From Reclinomonas americana ATCC 50394 (taxonomy: Eukaryota), in contig PS015134.1 of assembly GCA_048213135.1 (NCBI GenBank), positions 1 through 64,000 on the forward strand: a stretch of 64,000 nucleotides of DNA, given 5' to 3'. Under the pieces are notes generated by a model that saw only the letters and a program-made list of their open reading frames with translations, made no database searches and had not been told where the DNA came from. The translations under genes and the position numbers were made by a program. Shown here in pieces: positions 1-10,523 of the stretch; the stretch's first letter is position 1, and every line of letters begins with the position of its first letter.

Positions 1-310
1 CGCGTCGCCTCCTCCACAGCTGCTGAGCCGGCCGCCAGCTCGGCTTGAAGGTCCAGTGGACCGGCGAATTGCGGCGAGGGTGGTCGCAGGAAGCGTGTCT
101 CGCCCGCACTCATCTCTACTGTGTGAGATGAAAAATATGACCGTTGCGTGCCGCGGTGAATTTTCACTTCCGTATCTGCATGCTCGGATGGAGCGTCTTC
201 TGCTGCGATGTGTGATGAGAGAGCGTGGGGAAGCTGATGGGGAGGAAACGCGATGCTGGTGTGGCTGCGACGAATTTGGACCTTTTGGCCTCTTTTGGCG
301 AGTGATGTCC
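1..310 (-). CDS. Possible 5' part of a spliced gene running off the window start (unknown product)
   Basis: Open minus-strand frame ...SAGETRFLRPPSPQFAGPLDLQAELAAGSAAVEEATR reaches position 1. An upstream exon-like piece (EDAPSEHADTEVKIHRG) has AG/GT borders. No recognisable domain and no start codon found. Confidence 0.3.
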
Positions 311-526
311 GGATCCGATATTGGCCAAGAAATAAGAGTCTATTAATGCAGCGAGCTCCGCTGCGTGCACACAGACAAGTTAAAGGCAAGCCACAGATCC
401 ATCGTTGCAACTTTCCTCGCGCCAACGAGCTTTGCGAAACGAAGCAGCAAGAGAGGCTCTATTTCTGGCCCTTTCCAGACATAAATAGTCGCAAAGTTGT
501 CCGTTCTATTCATTTTCCCTCAACAC

Positions 527-1081
527 ATGAGCAAACGCAACAGCCCGAGGAAGTCCGATCAGCGCAAGAGTGACGCAGCCACTGCCACTGCAGCTGCAGC
601 CGGATCGAGCTCTGAGGATCGTCGTTTTGTGACCATCGGGTGTGACATTGGCGGTGTGGTTCGCGACAACGTCTCTGGGCAGCCGATTGTGGGCTCCGTG
701 GAGGCGCTTGCGGAGTTGCAGGCTGCCGGCCACACCGTGGTCTTCATCTCCAAGTGCAAGGCGGAGATGGCGGGTCGCAGCCGGGCGTGGCTGGCCGCCC
801 ACGGCTTGGACGTTTACCCGGTGCATTTCTGTCTCGAATACGCGGACAAGGTGGAGCTCGCTGCCAAGGTGGGCGCCACTGTCATGATCGACGACAAGGT
901 GCAGGTGCTGCAGCACTTCTCGGCTGAGGTGCGACGCGTCTGGCTCTGTGACGACGAGCAGAAGATCCGTGGAATGCAGAGACACACTCCGCACTTGCTG
1001 GAGGAGTTTGAGCATGTCCGAAGCTGGGCCGACATTCTCGCCTTGTTTGCAGCCGGTGCTGCCGCAGAAGAGGAGGAATAA
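527..1081 (+). CDS. Intronless HAD-superfamily hydrolase/phosphatase-like protein (184 aa)
   Basis: ATG 527 to TAA 1081, single ORF. Motif I-like IGCDIGGVV, motif II-like VVFIS, motif III K (ADKV) and motif IV MIDDK; ends in HVRSWADI, typical of small HAD folds. Confidence 0.75.
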   Translation: MSKRNSPRKSDQRKSDAATATAAAAGSSSEDRRFVTIGCDIGGVVRDNVSGQPIVGSVEALAELQAAGHTVVFISKCKAEMAGRSRAWLAAHGLDVYPVHFCLEYADKVELAAKVGATVMIDDKVQVLQHFSAEVRRVWLCDDEQKIRGMQRHTPHLLEEFEHVRSWADILALFAAGAAAEEEE

Positions 1082-1532
1082 AGTTGAAGTCATCAGTTGT
1101 TTGTACCCGTCATCACGCTATCGAGGGTGCTTGAAGAGTAGAGAAAAGTAGGGAAAAGTCCGGTCGGTCGGTGTGGCGAATTCGAACGAGCTCGATCGCG
1201 ACGTTGTGATCCTATAGTACCTCATGTTGCTGTGCATGCCATATGTTTCGCGGACTCGCTCGCGGTGGTGATAAGGCAGCATACGGTGCTGCTGCAGCAG
1301 CTTAGATCGTCTGACCGGAAGAATATCGATACCCAGTACAATATCTTCCGGATGCATTGCTGCATCAGATTCTCAGGAAACCACTCCACCTGCAATTGCA
1401 TGCTCACCGCAGCGGCAGCATGTTATCATCCAGTGACCACCTCCGTCTGCATCACCTGGCAGCCGGAGGAGGTCCGAACTTTTTGGTTTGTTTTTCGTCG
1501 ACTGGGAGTTATTCCGCGGTCATGACGGATGA

Positions 1533-1537
1533 TATAA
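1533..1537 (+). promoter_or_regulatory. Candidate TATA box of the secreted Cys-rich gene
   Basis: TATAA in a GC-rich background, ~28 nt before a CATTCAC initiator-like site and ~100 nt before ATG 1636. Confidence 0.4.
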
Positions 1538-1635
1538 GCCGAGGGTGCTGCAAGCTGCTGCATTCACATCGCCCTCCAAGAGCCAAGAGAACCTCCTCCT
1601 CCTCTTCCCTCAATCCATCCACCCACTCTCTCACC

Positions 1636-2268
1636 ATGAAGATCATCATCGCCGTTGTGGCTTTCACCGCCCTCTTCGCCCTCGCCCTCGCCGCGCCTCC
1701 GGCCATTATCGGCGGCGGCAAGTGTTCCACCGACGCCAATTGTCTGGGTGGCAACTACCGTGACTCGGCCGGTGCGGCCGTCGACTCCAACGCCAAGTGT
1801 GTGTCGGGCAAGTGCCAGGCGACCGCCAGCGGCAACTGGGGCTCGCACTACCAGTGCCGCCAGGCTTCGCACACCGCTTGCCCCGCCGCCATTGGCACCC
1901 CGTGCACCCTGCAGTGGAGCGCCGTGTCGCCCAACAACGCCCCCGTCGCCAACGCCAACGGCGTCTGCAACGACTGCCCCAAGAACTGCTCTGGCCCCAG
2001 CAACGGCGACTGCAACCCCGACCTGACCTGCACCTGCAAGCCGGGCTGGACTGGTGCCGACTGCAGCGTGCCGGCTGAGATCCCGTGCAAGCTCGGCAAG
2101 GAGCAGGTGTGCGGCCTGTACGGCAACTGCGTCGGTGCTACGGCGTCGGTCGACGGCGTGTGCAAGTGCCACACCAACTGCCAGTGCGACGGCAACAACA
2201 TCTGCACCTGCAACAAGTGGGTGAACGACAACGGCATCGCCTGCACCAAGAAGGTCCCGGCCAACTAA
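1636..2268 (+). CDS. Intronless secreted cysteine-rich protein with EGF/tenascin-like repeats (210 aa)
   Basis: Signal peptide MKIIIAVVAFTALFALALA, 24 Cys, EGF-like CPKNCSGPSNGDCNPDLTCTCKPGWTGADCS, strong C-ending codon bias. Confidence 0.85.
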   Translation: MKIIIAVVAFTALFALALAAPPAIIGGGKCSTDANCLGGNYRDSAGAAVDSNAKCVSGKCQATASGNWGSHYQCRQASHTACPAAIGTPCTLQWSAVSPNNAPVANANGVCNDCPKNCSGPSNGDCNPDLTCTCKPGWTGADCSVPAEIPCKLGKEQVCGLYGNCVGATASVDGVCKCHTNCQCDGNNICTCNKWVNDNGIACTKKVPAN

Positions 2269-4234
2269 GTTGTGAGCTCGTCAAACAGCGCGCTTTCCTT
2301 GTACAGCATGCAGTACTTGCATGTGTTAACTGCCCTCCTAATCCAAACAATAATGATGACGAGCTCGAGAGAATGTTTTGAAGATAATGAAAAACTCGTT
2401 GTCTGTCCTCTTGCAACTCAACAACTGTCTTGGTGGGGAAGGAAGATGAGGAGAGACAACGGAATTGAGGGGGCACTGCCTTGCAAAAGAGAAAGACGGA
2501 AAGTGAAACATCACAATACTGGGTGCGATACTGAATCCGAACCCGTCGGTCGTCGAGGTCTTTCACACTTGCTGGCTGAGTTGTTGACAGAATGGCAGAC
2601 AGGAATGCGTAAAAACAAACAAAACACTTCATCCACCACATTCCAATAATTCGATAAACGCCCACAAATCCCTTGCAATTGCCGACAATGACCATCTGTC
2701 TGCATTCAACGGTGGAACCCGCTGCATTGTCTGCGTGGTCTCTGTGCCAGTGGCCGTGGTTTCTCTCGCAGAAACGCAACAACAACAACAACAACAACAA
2801 CTTTACGGAAGGCACAAGCAACTTCGAACCGGTTCTCCCCACTTGTCGGCACATGCGCTGTTCTGACTTCTCCGCAGCAGTCATCAGGCAGCTGCGCTAC
2901 GATTCTTTTGCAAAGAAAAGCACACCGTTGCTGCTAGCGCTGTTGTTGCACGACTTGTTTGAAGCGCCGAGAGCAATCGTTCGATCACAAGGTGACCTGT
3001 CGCTGCCCTCAAGACTGGTGTTTGTGTTGATGTTTTGTGTATAGTTTGGCTTGGTCATCAAGACAGCTGCTGCTTGAATGAATCAAGCTTGGTGTGTGAG
3101 CAATGCATTGAACGTCGCGTCCCAAGACAAAAACACACTTTTTCCACACCAGACGATTGTGTGCGCAACTCCCGCTCTGCCACTCAGCAAGTAGAGAGGC
3201 NNNNNNNNNNNNNNNNNNNNNNNNNNNNNNNNNNNNNNNNNNNNNNNNNNNNNNNNNNNNNNNNNNNNNNNNNNNNNNNNNNNNNNNNNNNNNNNNNNNN
3301 NNNNNNNNNNNNNNNNNNNNNNNNNNNNNNNNNNNNNNNNNNNNNNNNNNNNNNNNNNNNNNNNNNNNNNNNNNNNNNNNNNNNNNNNNNNNNNNNNNNN
3401 NNNNNNNNNNNNNNNNNNNNNNNNNNNNNNNNNNNNNNNNNNNNNNNNNNNNNNNNNNNNNNNNNNNNNNNNNNNNNNNNNNNGGAATAGAGAGAGCGAG
3501 AGGAGTGTGCACAAGCGGAGGAAGCATACACACAAGTCGGTGTGAGACATCTGCCAACATCACTCACACTCTCACACTCTCTCACTGACTGTCTTGTGTG
3601 TGTCTCTCTCTCTGTGTGTGCGTGTGCAGACTTGAGTGACTGTGTGTGTTTGTGTGTGAGAAAGGATGGGTGACGCGACAGTTTCGCGGTATTTTGTGCA
3701 GCAAAAGAACATTCGCACACAGTGGCGAGTGTTGGTGTTGCGATTGGATGGGTGAGTGTGAGTGTGTGTGTGTGAGAGAGAGAGAGTGTGTGTGTGTGTG
3801 TGAAGAGAGAGTGCATAGAGTGATTTCTGTGCATGCATTGAGATTCTCCGATGGTGACTGTGACTGAGTGTGCCTTTCTTACTCACTCACTCACTCACTC
3901 ACTCACTCTCACACACTCTCACACACTCAGTCTCTCTCTCTCTCTCACACACACCCAGTCACTCACTCACTCACTCACTCACTCACTCATTCACTCACAC
4001 ACGCACACACACACACACACACTCACTCACTCACTCTCCCTTTCCCTCACTCACTCACTCAGTCTCTCCCTCCCTCCCTCACTCACTCACTCACTCACTC
4101 ACTCCCTTCCACTCACTCTCTCTCTCTCTCTCTCTCTCTCCCCGCTCACCTCCCATCTTCCTTACCATTCCTCGCATGCTTTCCCCCTTTCATTGTCTCC
4201 TCCTTTATTCACGACAATCCCTTCTCCACTCCAG

Positions 4235-5482
4235 CTACCTCTTCATCGACCCCTCCGACGGTTCCATGAAGCGCGACTGCAAGTACGCGCAGATCAAGCG
4301 CATTGAGCCGATTCGCGGCAAGGATCGCGACTTCAACCTCGACCATCGCTCCGTCGACAAGCACGTGATTAGCGATTTTCGACCGTACGTCCTCTGTCGC
4401 TGCTACCTGGTGACCAATTACGGGCAGCCGCAGCCATTCAATGTGTCAAAACTCAATAAGAATGGAACAGTTGCGTGGCGTGTTTTGGAGAGGGAGTGAA
4501 GTAGTGGGAGCCTGAAAACCTCACCCGTCCTGTTGCGTGCAGCAAACCGAGGTCATTCTGCGTGTGTATCCGGGCCACCTGGAAGAGGTGGAGAGCATGA
4601 CGCAGCGGCGCGTGCGCTGTGACGAGCTGATGGCGCTTCGCGGCTACGCGGTGTGCTCCGACAACCCGCAGCTGCTGATGATTGCCATGCCAGGTGGCCG
4701 CTATCGGCTGTACAGCTGCCCGGATCGTGATGGACTGGCGCGGTGAGTTTGGAGTTCTTTTTGATGAACACTGCGGCACACGATTACGGACACCAGAGTG
4801 GGAACAGACAGACGTAGTGTGTGGTGTTATTCTGCGTTCGTGTGCTTGTGTTCTCAGTGTCCTTCCTCTGCACGCGCTCTTGTGTCGTAATCTTGCACCG
4901 ATCTTTCTTCCTCTGACTCTCTTGCCTTGCTCTCTCTCTCTCCATCTCTCTCCCTCTCTTTCTATCCCTTCTCTCTCTCCCANNNNNNNNNNNNNNNNNN
5001 NNNNNNNNNNNNNNNNNNNNNNNNNNNNNNNNNNNNNNNNNNNNNNNNNNNNNNNNNNNNNNNNNNNNNNNNNNNNNNNNNNNNNNNNNNNNNNNNNNNN
5101 NNNNNNNNNNNNNNNNNNNNNNNNNNNNNNNNNNNNNNNNNNNNNNNNNNNNNNNNNNNNNNNNNNNNNNNNNNNNNNNNNNNNNNNNNNNNNNNNNNNN
5201 NNNNNNNNNNNNNNNNNNNNNNNNNNNNNNNNNNNNNNNNNNNNNNNNNNNNNNNNNNNNNNNNNNNNNNNNNNNNNNNNNNNNNNNNNNNNNNNNNNNN
5301 NNNNNNNNNNNNNNNNNNNNNNNNNNNNNNNNNNNNNNNNNNNNNNNNNNNNNNNNNNNNNNNNNNNNNNNNNNNNNNNNNNNNNNNNNNNNNNNNNNNN
5401 NNNNNNNNNNNNNNNNNNNNNNNNNNNNNNNNNNNNNNNNNNNNNNNNNCGCAATCTTGCCACTGCCTATTGTTCCCTCTTA

Positions 5483-5515
<33 letters not shown>

Positions 5516-7524
5516 TGTTTTCCCCTTCCCCTTCCTCCCCCCTCCCCCTTCTCCTCCCCCCTCCCCCTCCCCCTTCCCGCCTCACCCTCCCCACCTCCTC
5601 CCTCCCCCTTCCCCCCTCCCCCCTTTCCCTTTTCCCCCTTCCCACCTTCCCCCTCCCAGGTTCTTGGCCGACACCTACGTCAACCGCCTCGGCACCAAAG
5701 TCCGCGATCTCCCCCCGGAGCCCGCACAGCAACTCCTGGCCAAATGCAGCAAGCAACGCACTGTGGACTTGCGTCCAATCCACCGCTGGCACGCCGTGAA
5801 GCTGTGCGCGCCGCGGAATCCGCGTGAGTCGCCGAACGCAGGTCCCGCTGGTGCCCCCAAGCCGCGACCCCTCTCCACCCTGGCCACTGGCCTGTGCGAG
5901 TCCGACGGACAGACCGACGTCGCGCTCTCGGTGCACTCGTACGACGACATCTACTGCATTGTGCGACCGCCAACCGACCCCACGGTGCTGATTATCCAGT
6001 ACACCAACGACTACACGCACCGCTACGCGTGCGAGCAGCGTGAGGAGGTGGTGTCGTCGCTCATTGCCATGTGCGATCGGTCGGGGAGGCGCAGCTGGGT
6101 GCGCGCGTCGATGGTGCCCGCGGGTGCCGCTCTGCTGCCACTCCAACTGACGTCGCACGAGCTGCTGTCGGATCTGGAAGAGTATCTGGTGAAGCAACTG
6201 ACGTTATCGTCGACCAAGGGACCGCAGGAGTGGAGGTGGGTGTTGGGAGGTTGGTGGGAGAGGAAAGCGCGTGGTATGCTCATCGACACCGTGTGTACAC
6301 ACAGACGTGCGGCTGACGAATTCAACGCGTCGTGCAACGTCGGTGCGTGTGTCACCAAGGACAAGAAGGCCTTCATGTTGGTGCTGGATTTGCTGTCGCG
6401 AGCCATGAGCGACAAGGACCCCGAGGTGCTCACCGCGCTTCTCAATTGTGTGGAGAGGTTCCTGGGTTCCAAGGGTGAGTGCTGAGGGCAGAGTATAGAG
6501 GGAGGGAGGGGAGGTCATTGAGAAAAGACAGGATAGGGTGAAGTTTAATGACGGCAACGCGTTTCGTAGGCGATAATGAGAAGTCACTCGTTTTCATTGT
6601 TTTTCTCGAACCGCGCCCTCTTCATTGTTATCTATTCTCAATTCCTCTCCTCCACAGCTTGCTTCACCGCTGTTCCACAACTGCAATCGGCATTCTCGGT
6701 TGTCTACCAATTGGTCACCACCTCGATGGACCAGGAAGTCGTGTATGCGGCCACGCGAGTGCTTCGCCAGGCTGCCGAGCAGGCGTTTGAGACGGACAAG
6801 ACTCGCTACGAGCAGGCCAACAAGCAGGTAAATAGACGTGTGTCAGTTTTCCTGGCACGCCAACCGCGTGGCACTCAATCAGCGCGACGCAGGCTATTTT
6901 CGACGAGAGCTCAGTCAACACGCTCATCGACCAGGCCTTCCGTCGGCTTGAGAATCAGCAGGTTCTGAGCGCCACCGGCATTTTCCAGCTGCTGTCGTCG
7001 CTGCTGCACTGGAACTACGGCTCGACGCCGAACAATGTGCTGCAGTCGGCTCTGCGTGCGCTGCAAACACGATGGGTTGCGTCTTTACTGGAGCTGGCAC
7101 TTGTTCCTTGTATTTCCTCTCACTGTTTTTTTGGTGCTCCGCGCAGTTGCAACTTGTGGAGCTGTCGCTCTCACCTGCTCTGGGCATTGCCGAGAACGCC
7201 GCGTGCCTGGTGAAGGTGCGCAGCGAGAGTTGTAGGTTTCGAAGTTGTTGATTCTTATCTATTGTGGCATGCAGTCGCTGTTGTCGCTGGTTCGTCGCGA
7301 CNNNNNNNNNNNNNNNNNNNNNNNNNNNNNNNNNNNNNNNNNNNNNNNNNNNNNNNNNNNNNNNNNNNNNNNNNNNNNNNNNNNNNNNNNNNNNNNNNNN
7401 NNNNNNNNNNNNNNNNNNNNNNNNNNNNNNNNNNNNNNNNNNNNNNNNNNNNNNNNNNNNNNNNNNNNNNNNNNNNNNNNNNNNNNNNNNNNNNNNNNNN
7501 NNNNNNNNNNNACGCAATTAGTCG

Positions 7525-7567
<43 letters not shown>

Positions 7568-10491
7568 TCTGTTTGTTTTCGTCTCTCTCACTCTCTCTGT
7601 CTCTGTTCTGTCTCTCTCTCTCTCTCTCTTTGTCTGTCTGTCTTGTCTCTCTCTCTCTCGCTCACTCACTCACACCACTCTCAAAACACACACGCTGCAT
7701 GTCGCTGAAGACTGCCTGCTTATTCTTGCACTTTTCCTTGGAGAGCGTCAGCGTCCAATCGTTCTTTTTCCTTGAAACGCCTCCCTCAGTGCTCTCGCTT
7801 GCGCTGTGCCTCTATTACCCTTCCCCCAGTTTCTCCTTCTCCTGCCTCCTCTGTTGGTCTACTCTTTGTATCTCATTATCCATTTCTGCACATCCTTCTT
7901 CTCTCCTCGTCCCTTGCATCATTCCTTCGTTTCCCCTTATCGTCGTCATCCAATCTTTCGTTCTCTTTCAACTCCCTGTTCACCCTTTCCCTTCAATCTT
8001 GTGTTCCCCACTTGTCATCTCCCCATATCCTTACCCTTATCATTTCCCCCCTCATCTCCCCTTCTCCTTCTCCTTTCCCTCCCTTTGTGTTCTCCTCATA
8101 TATCCGACTTCTCATCCTCTTCCCTTCCCCTTACGCTCCCCTCACCTCCGTCATTCCCTTTACCTTTGCCTGTCCTTCCCCTCCTTCCCGTCACTCCCCC
8201 TTCTCCCCCCTTCTCCCCCCTCACTCCCCCCTTCTCCCCCCTCCCTTCCCCTTCCGCTTCCCTTTCCCTCCCCTTTCCCTCCCCTTCCCCTCCCCTTCTC
8301 CTTCCCTTCTCCTTCCCATTCCCCTCACCTCTCCCTTTCCCTTGTCGCAGCGCCCCAAGCCTCTGGCGCAAACGTGGCCCGCGCATGGGCGACGCCGGTC
8401 CGCCACTCCCCCTCGAGCTCAAGTGGCAGAATATGTTCGAGCACGTGAGTGACGACCACCAGCGTGGCGAAGTGATTTGGAATGACCAGACGCGTGCCGA
8501 GTTCCGTCACGCGTTGCTCACCGAGTATGCCGCGTTCCGCGAAGACCTGGTTTGCGCTCCCCGCATGATGATTAGCTCCTGTACGTTGCTCCTCACTCCC
8601 CGCTCCCCGGCAGGCCAAATTCCCGGGCTCGGTGGTGGAGTGGAACTCGGACGAATTCACGGTGCGCTACGAGAGTCTGGATAACGAGCTGCGAGTCGGC
8701 GGTTTCTACCTCGGCAACTACCTGCGCGAGGTGGAACGCATGGGCTTTGGCAAGGAGAGCGAGGTCGACGATCCCATGGCCTTCCTGGACGACCTGCATC
8801 ACCGCCTGCTGTTTGACACTCGCCCGGAGACGCAAATGCTCTGCCTGAAGACCATGGTCATTGTGTACACGATGTACCGGCAGAAAGTCGGCGTGTACCC
8901 CTTTATCAATCACTTGTGTCAGGCACTGGTCAAGTTGCGTCACCACTGCCACACACACACACACACACATATCTTTGCTTGCTTTGTGTGCTGATGGGGG
9001 AAAGTACACTGTACAGCTGGGAGTACTTGCCGGCCAAGATCCAGCTGCTCACCTTCCTGCAGCAGTCGTTCTCCAGCGAGCAGAACGTGAAGCTGTTTGT
9101 CGACAATGGCGGTGTCGATTTTTGCATCTCGGTGCTGCCGCTGGTGCACTCGCTGCCGCCACCATCGCCCGACGGCGTGGTCTCTGAACGTTGCGACCTC
9201 GATCAATGCTCTCACAGTCTCTTTGGGTGGCTGCTCACCATTGTGTCGCGCGCGTGTGGTTGTTTGTCGCAGACACGGAGTTGGTGATTCTGGTGTTGCG
9301 TTTGCTCATTCGCGCCGCCTCGTTCCACCCGAGCCTCGACGAGGACGGCAATGTGCTGGTGCCGCTGCCCCGTGTCAAGCGACTCCTCAGCTCGGAACGC
9401 CTGCTGCCACACATTGCGCAGTTGCTATTCACCACCAACGACACGGTGCTGTCGCTGGTATCGCAGCTGCTGGAGACACTGATTGAGCACAATCACGAGA
9501 TTGGTGCGAGTGAGAGTCACGCGCGCTGTGTCTGATCTCTCTCTCACCCGCTGACGCATCTCTGTCTCTTTCACGTGACAGGGCATCGTCTGTACCGCAC
9601 TGGCATCTTCTTCTTCCCGTTCCTGCACGACGGCAAGCGATTCGCTGCCGTCGCACCGATCCTCTACGCAGCCCACATGGTGCAGAAGCGTGTGCCGCCG
9701 GTGGCCCTGGAAGAGATCATGCCGTACAATCTGGTGCGCTTGCTGGAGGAGAGTGGAGCGGCTACATTTGTGGCCAGTTTCCAGTCCGACATGGAGAGTC
9801 CGTCGCTCATCTGGAACCAGGTGAGAGCGCGGGCGCTTGTTGTTTCATGCTGAGAAAACAGCATGATCTGACATTGTCTCTCTTTCCTCTCTCACGTCGC
9901 AGACCATGCGACAGTCGTTGGTGGCGCACATGCGCGCGCACTTGGCGCCCTTTTATCACCAGCTGTCGGCGGCTCCGGGCACCAGCGTCTACAGCCTGTC
10001 GACCAGCTTCACGCGCATGGAATACGGCCATCTCACGCAGGAGCCGCGCTGCGGCAAGTACTTTTTGCGGTATCTGTTGGACCAGAGCCGCTGGCCCGCC
10101 GGCTTCCAGATCGCTCCCGTGTCCGAATTCCTGGCCGAGGCCACGGATCTGATGCAGCAGCTCATTGTGATTCACGCGCAAAGCAATGTCGATATTTTCA
10201 TGCTGATCGACGCCATTAACATTGTGTGGCCGCGGTATGCGGAGGATGCCGCCGTGCGCAACTTTGCGTACTTTGCGCCGTTGATTCCGTGCATGGCGGT
10301 GAGTGAAGGATAGAGGGAGGAAGAGGGAGAAGGGATTGGGGCCTCATCTTTCTCCTCTTCGATTTCCCCTTTTCTCTCCCGCTCTTCGCTGACACTTTCT
10401 CCTTGTTTGACTGTCTCGATTCCTCATCATTCTTCTCTCTCTGCTGTCTCTTCTTCTTCTTCCTCTTCTTCTTCCTCTTTTTGTTCGTCTC

Positions 10492-10523
<32 letters not shown>

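Noticed and set aside
1100-1500. Several 60-100 aa ORFs between the HAD and EGF genes
   Set aside because: No motifs or codon bias, and alternative start codons; treated as intergenic.
7573-8340. Long ORFs rich in S/L/P/F or ER/HT/CV dipeptides (also 3851-4230, 22837-23800, 30028-30530, 50841-51557)
   Set aside because: Translations of intronic microsatellite and polypyrimidine tracts or of N runs.
9171-9272. Apparent GC-AG intron in RME-8 (GACG|GCGTGG)
   Set aside because: A GT donor in the correct phase exists at 9190 (GTTGCG).
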